The notes beneath the pieces are model-generated. The model was not told the DNA's origin and ran no database searches. It saw only the letters and a list, made by a program, of their open reading frames with translations. A program made the translations under genes and the position numbers. Source: Candidatus Eiseniibacteriota bacterium (GTDB taxonomy: Bacteria; Eisenbacteria; RBG-16-71-46). From it: a DNA stretch of 64,000 bases. Shown here in pieces: positions 19,214 to 28,478 of the stretch (position 1 is the stretch's first letter; the number at the start of each line of letters is the position of its first letter). Location of the stretch: positions 2,198,103 to 2,262,102 of the forward strand of contig OY970178.1 in the NCBI GenBank assembly GCA_963707915.1, written 5' to 3'.

Positions 19214-20129
19214 GGGCCGCCCCGACCACGTCCGCGAGCGAGCCGAGCGCCTCGTCCCGCAGGTACTCCTCGATCCCTTCGTTGATCTCCCGGAAGATCT
19301 CCAGGCCGCGGTAGTAGACCCCGCTGCCGATGCCCACGGCGGTGGCGCCGGCCAGGAGGAGCTGCAGCGCGCCGTCGGCGTCGGTGACTCCGCCCGTGGC
19401 GATGATGGGCAGGGCGACGGCGCGCCGGACCTCGAACACCGCGCGCACGGCCAGCGGCAGGATCGCCGGCCCCGAGAGACCGCCGACCTGGTTCGCGAGC
19501 ACCGGCCGGCGCGCCCCGACGTCGATGACCATGCCGGGCCCGACCGTGTTGATGGCGGTGATCGCGCGGGCGCCGTTCTCGGCGCAGGTCCTGGCGGCCC
19601 GTCCGATGGCGCCGTAGTTCGCGGACAGCTTCACGGCGACCGGGATCGGAGCCGCCGCCTCGACCACGGCGCGAGTGACCGCCGCCAGGCTGCCGGGCTC
19701 CGACTCGAACGGGGCGCCGTACTCGGAGGCCACGTTCGGACAGGAGACGTTCGCCTCGACCAGGTCGGGCGCGGCGCCCGCGGCCAGCGCCGCGACCTCG
19801 CGGAACTCCTCGATCGTGGCGCCGAAGATGGACGCCACGATCGGGGTGGACGTTCGCCCGCGGTACTCGCGGATCTCCCGGGTCGCGGCCTCGGCCCCCG
19901 GGTTCGACAGGCCGACCGCGTTCAGCAACCCGGGCCCGGAGGAGATGATCGACGGGCCGCGGTGTCCCGCCCGCTCGCGGAGGCAGAAGGACTTGGTGGT
20001 GACCGCCCCCGCACCCGCCCGGGCCACCGCGCACAGCGAGGAGGCGGTCACCCCCAGGATCCCCGACGCCAGCACCAGGGGCGACCCGAGCGCGACGCCG
20101 GCCAGGTCCACGCGCAGGGCGGCGCTCAC
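19203..20129 (-). CDS. pyrD: Dihydroorotate dehydrogenase catalytic subunit (class 1B)
   Basis: The GTG start at 20129 overlaps the pyrI stop (GTGA). The sequence VDLAGVALGSPLVLASG...NVSCPN...IIATGGV matches class 1 DHODH. The track ORFs (358 and 274 aa) start further upstream. Confidence 0.8.
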   Translation of the reverse strand: MSAALRVDLAGVALGSPLVLASGILGVTASSLCAVARAGAGAVTTKSFCLRERAGHRGPSIISSGPGLLNAVGLSNPGAEAATREIREYRGRTSTPIVASIFGATIEEFREVAALAAGAAPDLVEANVSCPNVASEYGAPFESEPGSLAAVTRAVVEAAAPIPVAVKLSANYGAIGRAARTCAENGARAITAINTVGPGMVIDVGARRPVLANQVGGLSGPAILPLAVRAVFEVRRAVALPIIATGGVTDADGALQLLLAGATAVGIGSGVYYRGLEIFREINEGIEEYLRDEALGSLADVVGAAHDA

Positions 20130-20605
20130 CCGGGCACCCGGACGAGCACCGGCAACTCCTCCAGCTCGAAGACGCGCTCGCAGAAGGCGCATCGGAAGCG
20201 GCGCCCGGCCGGCGTCTCCCGCCGGAAGCGGGTCACCACGTCGCCCTCGGAGTTCGTGATGCAGTTCGGGTTCCGGCATCGCGCCAGGCCGACGATCTCC
20301 AGGGGCACGGTGGTGGTGATCCGCTCCTGGACCCCGTAGCCCTGGATGCGCTTGAGGGTGACCCCGGAGCAGACCAGCGCCAGGTGCTCCTGCAGCCGGG
20401 GAGGGAGGTCCTGCAGCTGGAGCTTGATCAGGTCCTTGCGGCCGAGCTTCCGGCTCGAGCAGTTCAGCCCGACCGTCGTGATGACCTCGCTCATCTCGGG
20501 GTACGAGCGGATGATCGCCAGGATCTTGAGCCCGTAGCCCACGGGGATGTGGTCGATGACGATGCCCGCTTCGATCTTCGGGATGAACAGCACCGGCTCG
20601 TTCAT
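20126..20605 (-). CDS. pyrI: Aspartate carbamoyltransferase regulatory subunit
   Basis: The ATG at 20605 is preceded by GGAGG, giving 159 aa. It has the N-terminal allosteric domain and a C-terminal Zn domain with CRNPNC...CAFC. Confidence 0.85.
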   Translation of the reverse strand: MNEPVLFIPKIEAGIVIDHIPVGYGLKILAIIRSYPEMSEVITTVGLNCSSRKLGRKDLIKLQLQDLPPRLQEHLALVCSGVTLKRIQGYGVQERITTTVPLEIVGLARCRNPNCITNSEGDVVTRFRRETPAGRRFRCAFCERVFELEELPVLVRVPG

Positions 20606-21522
20606 GACAGGACCTCCAGCAGGTCCGCCAGGATGGCCTGGCGAACCACCACCCCGTTCCCCACCTGGTCGAAGTACTTCGCGTGCAGCGTCGGGTCGAC
20701 GTCGGTGTGGATCTCGTCGACGCGCGGCAGCGGATGGAGGATCCGCAGGTGCGCGGGCGCGCCGGCCAGCATGCCCGCGTCGAGGTGGCACGAATGCCGG
20801 ACCTTCTCGAACTCCAGCAGGTCGGGAAAGCGCTCCTTCTGGATCCGGGTGACGTAGAGCGCGTCGCACGAGCGGATGGCCGCGGACAGGTCCTCGGTCT
20901 CTTCGAATGCCAGGCCCCGGCGGGAGCCTTCCTCCCGCAGGTGCGCCGGGAGACGCAGCGCCGGAGGCGACACCAGCCGGCAGTGGATCCCCGGGTAGTG
21001 TCCCAGCGCCTGGACCAGGGAATGCACGGTGCGCGAGTACTTCAGGTCGCCGGCCATCGCGATCCGGAGGCCGTCGAGCCGGCCGAAGAGCTGGCGCAGC
21101 GTGTAGAGGTCGAGGAGCGTCTGGCTCGGGTGCTGGTTGCTCCCGTCCCCCGCGTTGACCACGGGGACACGGCTCGCCTCCGCCGCCACGCGCGCGGCCC
21201 CCTCCCGCGGGTGCCGGATCGCCAGGATGTCCGCGTAGCGCTCCACCGTCCGGATCGTGTCCCGCAGCGACTCGCCCTTGGCCACGGAACTGGTCGCCGC
21301 CTCGGAGAAACCGACCGCGCCGCCCCCGAGGCGCAGCATCGCGGTCTCGAAGCTCAGCCGCGTGCGGGTGCTGGGCTCGAAGAACAGCACGCCCAGGATG
21401 CGGCCATCGAGCAGGCGGGCCTTCTCGGCCGGACTGCGCCGCTCGAGGCCGGCCGCCAGATCGAGGTACCGGTCCAGCGTCGGCCGGTCGAGGTCATCCA
21501 CGGAGACGAGGTCTCGCTTCAC
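20602..21522 (-). CDS. pyrB: Aspartate carbamoyltransferase catalytic subunit
   Basis: The GTG start at 21522 overlaps the pyrF stop (GTGA). The STRTR carbamoyl-phosphate motif, HPSQ and HPLP motifs are present. It overlaps pyrI with ATGA. Confidence 0.85.
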   Translation of the reverse strand: MKRDLVSVDDLDRPTLDRYLDLAAGLERRSPAEKARLLDGRILGVLFFEPSTRTRLSFETAMLRLGGGAVGFSEAATSSVAKGESLRDTIRTVERYADILAIRHPREGAARVAAEASRVPVVNAGDGSNQHPSQTLLDLYTLRQLFGRLDGLRIAMAGDLKYSRTVHSLVQALGHYPGIHCRLVSPPALRLPAHLREEGSRRGLAFEETEDLSAAIRSCDALYVTRIQKERFPDLLEFEKVRHSCHLDAGMLAGAPAHLRILHPLPRVDEIHTDVDPTLHAKYFDQVGNGVVVRQAILADLLEVLS

Positions 21523-22217
21523 GGGGTCGGCCCTCCCGGGGCCTCGAGTCGTTCCAGGCAGGACATGGGATCCGCGGCCCTCAGCAGGGAGCGTCCCACG
21601 ATGACGTAGTGCTTCCGGAGCGACGGGAGCCCTTCGACCCGTCCGCCCTGCGCTCCCAGGCCCGGCGAGTAGAACTCCCAGTCCCCGTCGGGGCCGAGCG
21701 CGCGGACCACGTCCGCGACTCGCGCGGGCTTCGTGAGGGGCACGACGAAGGCCGTGACCCCCAACCCGGCCGCCCGCCGGTAGGCGTCGAGCATCCCCTC
21801 GTCGGACAGGTAGCCGCCCTCGGACACCAGGTAGCGATCGTGGGTCATGACACCTCCCACGATCACCTTCCGGCCCGCATCCCGGAGCGCCGTGACGAAG
21901 CCGGCCAGGGTGGCCGGGCCGGCCTGGGGGAACACGATCACCTCGTCGATCCCGGCCCGGGACACGACCCCGGCGAAGAGCGCGGCCGTATCGGGGATGT
22001 CCGTGCCGGCCTTCTGGTGGTCGTAGAGCAACGGTCGTCCGGACACGCGCCGGATCGCCTTCACGACGGCGCCGAGCCCATGGGTGAGCCCCAGCGCGAA
22101 GCCCAGCTTGTAGCCGTACACGGACGGCGCCCGGTCGACGGCTTCGACCAGCCGCAGCGCCTCGGCCAGGTCGTCGGTGTCCAGCGCCGGGATCCACCGT
22201 CGCGTGGCGACGCTCAT
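21519..22217 (-). CDS. pyrF: Orotidine 5'-phosphate decarboxylase
   Basis: ATG at 22217 with a GGAGGG RBS, 232 aa, with LDTDDLAEA...YKLGFAL...DHQKAGTDIPDT motifs. It overlaps pyrE with ATGA. Confidence 0.85.
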   Translation of the reverse strand: MSVATRRWIPALDTDDLAEALRLVEAVDRAPSVYGYKLGFALGLTHGLGAVVKAIRRVSGRPLLYDHQKAGTDIPDTAALFAGVVSRAGIDEVIVFPQAGPATLAGFVTALRDAGRKVIVGGVMTHDRYLVSEGGYLSDEGMLDAYRRAAGLGVTAFVVPLTKPARVADVVRALGPDGDWEFYSPGLGAQGGRVEGLPSLRKHYVIVGRSLLRAADPMSCLERLEAPGGPTP

Positions 22218-22831
22218 GCGCCCTCCTCGTGGTAGCGGCGGACGACCTGGCCACGCGGGTCCCCGCGCGATTCCAGGTACGCGGCCAGGTCCAGCATGGT
22301 GATCAGCGCGTGCACCGGCAGCCGTTCCCGATCGAAGGAGCAACCCTTCCGCGTGCGGTCGAGGACCACCAGGATGCCGTGGGGCCGCACGCCGAACGTC
22401 TCCTCCAGCAGGCGGGAGGATTCCAGCTTGGTCCCGCCGGAGCTCAGCACGTCGTCGACGACGACGACCTGGTCCTCCGCGGCGGGGCGCGGCCCGACGA
22501 ACCGGCCCCGCTCCCCGTGGACCTTGGCCTCCTTGCGGTGATAGAGGATGGACAGGGACCATCCGAGCTCCCGCCCGGCCGCCATGGCCGTCGCGGCGGC
22601 CAGGACGACGCCCTTGTACGGCGGCCCAAGCAGCAGCGTGGCCCCGGGGAAGCGCCCGCGCAGTCCGCGAGCCAGGGCTGCGCCCAGGAGCATCAGGTCG
22701 TCCCCGCGGACCACGGCCCCCAGGTCCACGAAGAACGGCGACGGCTCGCCCGACTTGAGCGTGAAGTCCCCGAAGCGCACGGCCTCGCAGCGCAGCAGCA
22801 GGGAGATCAGCGGATCGCGGGGATCGTTCAA
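22214..22831 (-). CDS. pyrE: Orotate phosphoribosyltransferase
   Basis: The TTG start at 22831 sits 7 nt after GGAGG and overlaps the pyrC stop (TTGA). The PRPP-binding motif VVVVDDVLSSGGT is present. Confidence 0.8.
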   Translation of the reverse strand: MNDPRDPLISLLLRCEAVRFGDFTLKSGEPSPFFVDLGAVVRGDDLMLLGAALARGLRGRFPGATLLLGPPYKGVVLAAATAMAAGRELGWSLSILYHRKEAKVHGERGRFVGPRPAAEDQVVVVDDVLSSGGTKLESSRLLEETFGVRPHGILVVLDRTRKGCSFDRERLPVHALITMLDLAAYLESRGDPRGQVVRRYHEEGA

Positions 22832-24141
22832 CGGGTCACCTCCTCGCCCCGCACGTCGTCCGGGAAGACGGGCCCGGGGACCGTCCCGTCTCCCCCGCGC
22901 GGCGCCTCGCGATAGGCGAGCGCCCCGCCGACGAAGACCGCCTCCACGTGCCACTCGAGCCCGAGGTGGGCGTAGGGCTGGTGGGCCGCCCGCGTGACGA
23001 CCGGCCCCCGCGGGGCCCCGCGACCCAGCACGACCACGTCCGCCGGAGCGCCCGGCGCGAGGCCGAAGTCCCGCGCGAGGCGGTAGCACTCCCGGGCGCG
23101 CGCCCCGATCGCCCCGAGCGCTCGTTCCCACCCCAGCACGCCCCGCTCCACGAGGTGGGCCACGACCGGCAGGTACCACTCGATGCCCGCGATCCCCGCC
23201 GGGGCCCGTGCCCCCTGCGCCTTCTCGGCCGGCGCGTGCGGAGCGTGGTCGGTGGAGAGGAAGTCGATCGTCCCATCCCGCAGCGCCGCCCGCAGGGCGG
23301 CGGCGTCCGCCGCACCGCGCAGGGGCGGATTGACCTTCAACGGAGCCCCCTCGCGTTCGTAGTCCTCCACGGTGAGCAGGAGATAGTGAGGACAGGTCTC
23401 GCCCCAGACGTCGAAGCCCCGGTCCTTCATCTCCCGCAGCCACTCCACGTCGTCCACGGTCGAGGCGTGACAGAGGACCACGCGCGGACGTTCGACGTCG
23501 GGCAGCGACTCCAGCGCCCCGGCCAGCTTCGCCAGGCCCGACCGCACCGCCTGCCGGGGGCGGCGGAGATGGTGATCGTGCGCGTTCGCGCCGGCCGACC
23601 GCGGCTCGAGGAAGCAGGCCTCGTCCTCGGCATGAACGGCGACGACGCGATGGCTCCGCAGCACCTCCCGCAGCGGGCCCACCTCCCGCAGCGCGGCCAC
23701 CGAGGAGGACCGGGCCATGTAGATCTTCGCCGACGCATACGGCCCGGTCCGCGGCCCGGTCTCGAAGGGGGCGTGCACGTGCAGACCCCAGTGGACCCGG
23801 CACTCGCGGCGGAAGACCTCCCGTTTCTGCTCGAGGCGCGCGGCGTCCGTGATGGGAGGAGCGTCGTTGGGCATGTCGAGGACGGCGGTGACGCCGCCCT
23901 TGAGCGCCGCCCGCGACCCGTTCGCGACTCCCTCCTTGTACTCCTGCCGGAAGCAGCGGAAGTGGGTGTGCGCGTCGATCGCTCCCGGCAGCACCAGCCG
24001 GTCGCGGACGTCCAGGACGCCGGTCGTGACCGTGCCCGCGTCCGGGGACGCCGGGAACCCGATGCGGCCCCCGCGCGCTTCCAGCGTGCCCGTCTCCCAG
24101 TTCCCCGCCTTCGACAGGTACCGGGCATGGGTCAGCAGCAT
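22828..24141 (-). CDS. pyrC: Dihydroorotase
   Basis: ATG at 24141, 437 aa. It has amidohydrolase metal ligands (DAHTHFR, ...AVHAED, CHAS, STDHAPH). The 922-aa track ORF is an over-extension. Confidence 0.85.
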   Translation of the reverse strand: MLLTHARYLSKAGNWETGTLEARGGRIGFPASPDAGTVTTGVLDVRDRLVLPGAIDAHTHFRCFRQEYKEGVANGSRAALKGGVTAVLDMPNDAPPITDAARLEQKREVFRRECRVHWGLHVHAPFETGPRTGPYASAKIYMARSSSVAALREVGPLREVLRSHRVVAVHAEDEACFLEPRSAGANAHDHHLRRPRQAVRSGLAKLAGALESLPDVERPRVVLCHASTVDDVEWLREMKDRGFDVWGETCPHYLLLTVEDYEREGAPLKVNPPLRGAADAAALRAALRDGTIDFLSTDHAPHAPAEKAQGARAPAGIAGIEWYLPVVAHLVERGVLGWERALGAIGARARECYRLARDFGLAPGAPADVVVLGRGAPRGPVVTRAAHQPYAHLGLEWHVEAVFVGGALAYREAPRGGDGTVPGPVFPDDVRGEEVTR

Positions 24142-24576
24142 GGGTGCGCACCGCGGCGCCGTGCCGCCGGGACGTCGTCGCGGACAGCCGGGGAAGCGAC
24201 GGGAAGATCGGGACGGCGGGGCCGGTCGGCGGCGGCGGGGACGAGGTGCGAGCGGGGGAGCGCGCCCGGAGTGGATCGCGGAGCGGTCGGACCCGGCGGG
24301 GGTCCGAACTCGGCCATCGCCCATGAGGGCTCCAGCGAAACCACGCTTGCCAACATGACCTCGCCCTGCCTCTCGGGCCCAGTCGAGGAGTGTGTCAACC
24401 GACCACCGCGCCGCATCGCGGCCGCGGACATGACCGGGCGGAACATAGACCGGTCGGAACGCAAGGGCAACCCGGGACCCGCGCGGGCGCCCCCCTCCTT
24501 GCCGCGTCCGGCGGGGCCCGACTACAGTGCCCGGTCCGGTCACCACCTTCCGGCCCCTCCCACGCTCGGAGCCCGC

Positions 24577-25692
24577 ATGGTCCTTCCCGCCCCCAACACG
24601 CTCGCCATCGTCGGTGCCGGCCCGGTCGGGCTCGAGGCCGCCCTCGCGGCGCTCGACCTCGGCTTCGACCCGCAGGTGTTCGAGCAGGGCGAGGTGGCCT
24701 CGCACCCGCTCGCCTGGGGGCACGTCCGGATGTTCACGCCCTGGGGCATGAACCTCGGGAAGCACTCGCGCGCGCACCTCGAGCAGGCGGGCTGGACCGC
24801 CCCCGATCCCGAGGAACTTCCCAGCGGCCTCGAGCTGGCCGAGCGTTACCTGCAGCCGCTCGCGCAGCTGCCGGAGCTGGACGGCCGCATCCATCCGTTC
24901 ACCCAGGTGGTGCGGGCGGGCCGGCACGGCCTGCGGCGCGGCGAGCGCGCCGGCACGCGGCACCTGCGGCCCTTCCGCCTGCTGCTGCGCGACCAGGGCG
25001 GGCGAGAGAGCTTCCACCACGCCTTCTCGCTGGTGGACGCGTCGGGCGTCTACGCCAACCCCGGCTGGGCCGGCACCGGCGGCATCCCGGCGCGCAACGA
25101 GCAGTACCTGCGCCCGCAGCTCGCCTATCACGTCGAGGACGTGCTGGGCCTGGACCGCGGGAAGTACGCGGGCCGGCGCACGATCGTGATCGGCGAGGGG
25201 ACGTTCGCGGCGACGACCGTGGTGGCGCTGGCCCGGCTCGCCGACGAGGCGCCGGGGACCTCGGTGGCGTGGGTCACGCGCCCCGGCGCGGCGGAGCTCT
25301 TCGCCGCCGCGGAGCACGACCCGCTGCCCCGGAGGCGCGAGCTGCGCCTGCGGGCGCGCGCGCTCGCCTCGGGCGGGCACCCGGCGGTGGCGCACGTCGG
25401 CGGCGCGGAGGTCGAGGAGCTCGAGTTCCTCGCGGCCACCCGCGGCTACCGGGTGCTCCTCGCCACCGGCGCGGAGCCGCGCACCGAGGAGGCGGACCGC
25501 GTCATCGTCAACGCGGGCTTCGGGCCGGACGAGGCGCTCTGCCGCGAACTGGACGCCGACGAGCCGCGGTTCTTCTCGCCGGGGCGCGAACCGCACGGTC
25601 TCGAACCGGACTTCCTGCTCGAGGCCGGCTACCGGCAGGTCGCCGCCGCGGTGGCGCGCTTCGCCGACGGGATGCGCGCGGGCGTTTCGTAG
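24577..25692 (+). CDS. FAD/NAD(P)-binding oxidoreductase (flavin monooxygenase/bacillithiol-system YpdA-like)
   Basis: The ATG at 24577 follows a GGAG RBS. It has an N-terminal Rossmann motif IVGAGPVGLEAA and a second dinucleotide motif IVIGEGTFA. The family call is approximate. Confidence 0.65.
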   Translation: MVLPAPNTLAIVGAGPVGLEAALAALDLGFDPQVFEQGEVASHPLAWGHVRMFTPWGMNLGKHSRAHLEQAGWTAPDPEELPSGLELAERYLQPLAQLPELDGRIHPFTQVVRAGRHGLRRGERAGTRHLRPFRLLLRDQGGRESFHHAFSLVDASGVYANPGWAGTGGIPARNEQYLRPQLAYHVEDVLGLDRGKYAGRRTIVIGEGTFAATTVVALARLADEAPGTSVAWVTRPGAAELFAAAEHDPLPRRRELRLRARALASGGHPAVAHVGGAEVEELEFLAATRGYRVLLATGAEPRTEEADRVIVNAGFGPDEALCRELDADEPRFFSPGREPHGLEPDFLLEAGYRQVAAAVARFADGMRAGVS

Positions 25693-25772
25693 CGCCCGCG
25701 CGGCCCGGTGGGCCGCGGCCGTGGCCCTCCCCGCTTGCCGTCGCGGCGCCGCGGGGTGCTACCCTGCGCCGC

Positions 25773-27248
25773 ATGGACCGGGATCCCGGAGCTCTCGCCG
25801 AGTTGCGCGCCCTGCTGGGCCACGACGGCGTGCTCGACGACGGGGCGGCGCGCTTCGCCTACGAGGCCGATGCGCTCACGCTCGAGCGCGGCCTGGCCGA
25901 CTTCGTGGTGCTGCCGCGCTCGACCGACGAGGTCGCGGCCCTGGTGCGCTGGGCGCACGCCAACGGAGTGCCGGTGACCCCGCGCGGGGCGGGCACCGGG
26001 CTGGCGGGCGGCGCCACGCCGCGCCACGGCGGCATGCTGCTGGTGACGAGCCGCATGGACCAGGTGCTCGCGCTCGATCCGCAGCGGATGTTCGCGTGGG
26101 TCCAGCCCGGGCTGGTGAACGCGCGGCTCTCCGCGCTGGCCGCGCCGCACGGACTGCATTTCGCGCCCGACCCGTCCTCGCAGCCGGTCAGCACGATCGG
26201 GGGCAACGTCGCCGCCAATGCCGGCGGCCCGCACTGCCTCAAGCACGGCGTCACGGCGAACCACGTGCTCGGCCTGGTCGTGGTGCTGCACGACGGCAGC
26301 GTCGTGACGCTGGGCGGCGAGGCGCCGGACTCGCCCGACGCCGAGCTCGCCTCCCTGGTCGCGGGCAGCGAGGGCACGCTCGGCGTCCTCTGCGAGATCT
26401 GCGTGCGGCTCGTGCCGCGGCCCGAGGCGGTGCACACCATGAGCTTCTACTTCCCGGTGATCGAGGACGCCTGCCGCGCGGTCTCCGCGGTGATCGCCGC
26501 CGGGATCGTGCCGGCCGCGATGGAGTTGATGGACCGCCAGACCATGGAGCTGGTCGAGGCCTGGCTGCACCTCGGGCTGCCGCTGGACACCGCCGCGATG
26601 CTCATCATCGAGGTGGACGGGCCGGCCGTGAGCCTGCCGGCGCAGGTCGAGCGCATCACCGCCATCACCCGGGAGCACGGCGCGCGCGGCGTCCGCGTCG
26701 CGAGCGACGCGGCGGAGCGCGCCGCGCTGTGGCGGGGGCGCAAGTCGTCGTTCGGGGCCTACGGGCGCACCGGCCTCGCGTTCACCCAGATGGACGGCAC
26801 GGTGCCGCGCTCGCGCCTGGCCGAGGCGGTCACCGCGGTGTACGCGCTGGCGGCGGCACGCGGCCTGGGCGCCGGCACGCTGATGCATGCGGGCGACGGC
26901 AACCTCCACCCGCACATCCTCTACGACCCGGACGACGAGGCGCAGCGGCGCGCCGCGCTCGAGGTCTCGGAGGAGATCCTGCGCGTCTGCATCCGGCTGG
27001 GCGGCACCATCTCCGGCGAGCACGGCATCGGCCTCGAGAAGGTCCCGATGATGAGCGAGGTCTACGCGCCCGCCGATCTCGCGACCATGGCCCGGCTGCG
27101 CCGGGCCTTCGACCCCGCCGGCCGGCTGAACCCGGGCAAGGTGCTGCCGGACGGTGCCGCCGGCGACGCGACGCCGGGGCGCGAACGCGGTCCGGCGCGA
27201 CGCGGGGGCAGCGGCTTCAACGAGGAGCTGGAGGGAACATGGAGCTGA
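25773..27248 (+). CDS. glcD: Glycolate oxidase subunit GlcD (FAD-linked oxidase)
   Basis: 491 aa with an FAD-binding PCMH domain (PRGAGTGLAGGA) and a C-terminal FAD-oxidase domain (HAGDGNLHP, GTISGEHGIG). Confidence 0.85.
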   Translation: MDRDPGALAELRALLGHDGVLDDGAARFAYEADALTLERGLADFVVLPRSTDEVAALVRWAHANGVPVTPRGAGTGLAGGATPRHGGMLLVTSRMDQVLALDPQRMFAWVQPGLVNARLSALAAPHGLHFAPDPSSQPVSTIGGNVAANAGGPHCLKHGVTANHVLGLVVVLHDGSVVTLGGEAPDSPDAELASLVAGSEGTLGVLCEICVRLVPRPEAVHTMSFYFPVIEDACRAVSAVIAAGIVPAAMELMDRQTMELVEAWLHLGLPLDTAAMLIIEVDGPAVSLPAQVERITAITREHGARGVRVASDAAERAALWRGRKSSFGAYGRTGLAFTQMDGTVPRSRLAEAVTAVYALAAARGLGAGTLMHAGDGNLHPHILYDPDDEAQRRAALEVSEEILRVCIRLGGTISGEHGIGLEKVPMMSEVYAPADLATMARLRRAFDPAGRLNPGKVLPDGAAGDATPGRERGPARRGGSGFNEELEGTWS

Positions 27249-28471
27249 ACCGATCCGACCGCGCGGTTCCAGAACGCGGGCCGGGCGCCGAGCCGGCCCC
27301 CCACGCGGCGTGGCCGCTCGCCATCGTGCTCAGCATCGCGCTCGGCGTCGTCTTCCGGCTCACCGCGTGGCACCGCCTGGGGATGGTGTTCCTGCCCGGC
27401 TACGTGTGGGGCCCGGCGGCGGGCGGGGCGATCCTGCTCTACCTGTGGCTCGCCCGGCGCCGCCTGCGCGCGGCCGGCCCGACCGGGGACGGGACCGCTT
27501 CGCCCGGGCCCGCGCAGGTCGCGTGGGCCGCGCTCGTGCTGTCCGGCTTCGTCGCGAACGCGCTCACCTTCGCGCCGGAGCGCCCCGGCTCGCTTGCGCT
27601 GCTCGCCGCCATCCACCTGCCCCTGCTCACCTGGCTCGTGATGGGCGTGGCGGTGCTGGGCCGGGTGGACGATCCGCTCGAGCGCTTCGCCGCGGTGGTC
27701 AAGTCCATCGAGGTGTTGGTGACGGGCGCGATCTACGCCGGCGTGGCGGCGATCTTCGCCGGCGTGACGATCGGCCTGCTCACCGCGCTGCAGGTCAAGC
27801 CCCCCCCGCCGCTGCTCGAGGCGACCTTCGCGTTCCTCGTCGGGCTCGTCCCCGTGCTGGCGGTGGCGAGCGTCTACGATCCCGCCCTGCGGCCCTCGGA
27901 CCAGCGCTTCGGCGCGGGCGTGACGCGGGTGTTCTTCCTCGCGGCGCGGCTCTTCCTCCCGCTCACGGCGCTCGTGCTGCTGACCGTGGCGGTCATCCTC
28001 CCGGCGCGCTTCGGGATGCTCTCGGAGAACCGCGCGACGCTCCTGGTCTTCAACGCGATGCTCTTCGCCGTGATGTTGCTGGTCGTGGGCGCCACGCCGT
28101 TGCGCACCGGCGACCTCGCGCCGCGCCCCGGGGCCTGGCTGCGGCGCGGCATCGTGGTCGTCGCGCTCCTGGCGGTCGTGGTCGGCGCCTTCGCGCTCGC
28201 CGCCGTCCTCTCGCGCACCGCCCGCGGCGGGCTCACGCCCAACCGGCTCACGGTGATCGGCTGGAACGTGGCGAACCTCCTCACCCTGGCCCTGCTCCTG
28301 CTGCGCCAGTCGCGCGCCGGCCGCGACGGCTGGGTGCGCGCGCTGCAGGCGGCGTTCGGCGAGGGGCTCGCCCTCTACGCCGTGTGGTCGGCGTTCGTGC
28401 TGGTCGCCCTGCCGCACCTCGCGCGCGCCGCGCACTGGCCGGTGTCCACCGGCCCCGGGCTCGGCGGCTGA
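27239..28471 (+). CDS. Polytopic integral membrane protein of unknown function, inserted between glcD and glcE
   Basis: The ATG at 27239 follows GAGGAGCTGGAGGG and overlaps the glcD 3' end by 10 nt. It is 410 aa with about 10 hydrophobic helices and no recognisable catalytic motif. Confidence 0.65.
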   Translation: MELNRSDRAVPERGPGAEPAPHAAWPLAIVLSIALGVVFRLTAWHRLGMVFLPGYVWGPAAGGAILLYLWLARRRLRAAGPTGDGTASPGPAQVAWAALVLSGFVANALTFAPERPGSLALLAAIHLPLLTWLVMGVAVLGRVDDPLERFAAVVKSIEVLVTGAIYAGVAAIFAGVTIGLLTALQVKPPPPLLEATFAFLVGLVPVLAVASVYDPALRPSDQRFGAGVTRVFFLAARLFLPLTALVLLTVAVILPARFGMLSENRATLLVFNAMLFAVMLLVVGATPLRTGDLAPRPGAWLRRGIVVVALLAVVVGAFALAAVLSRTARGGLTPNRLTVIGWNVANLLTLALLLLRQSRAGRDGWVRALQAAFGEGLALYAVWSAFVLVALPHLARAAHWPVSTGPGLGG

Positions 28472-28478
28472 GGGCCGC

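Noticed and set aside
24390-27248. The single 952-aa track ORF spanning the FAD oxidoreductase region and glcD
   Set aside because: The upstream 460 codons are Arg/Pro/Gly-rich frame noise. The real FAD/NAD(P) oxidoreductase is in a different frame (24577-25692), and glcD starts at the ATG at 25773.
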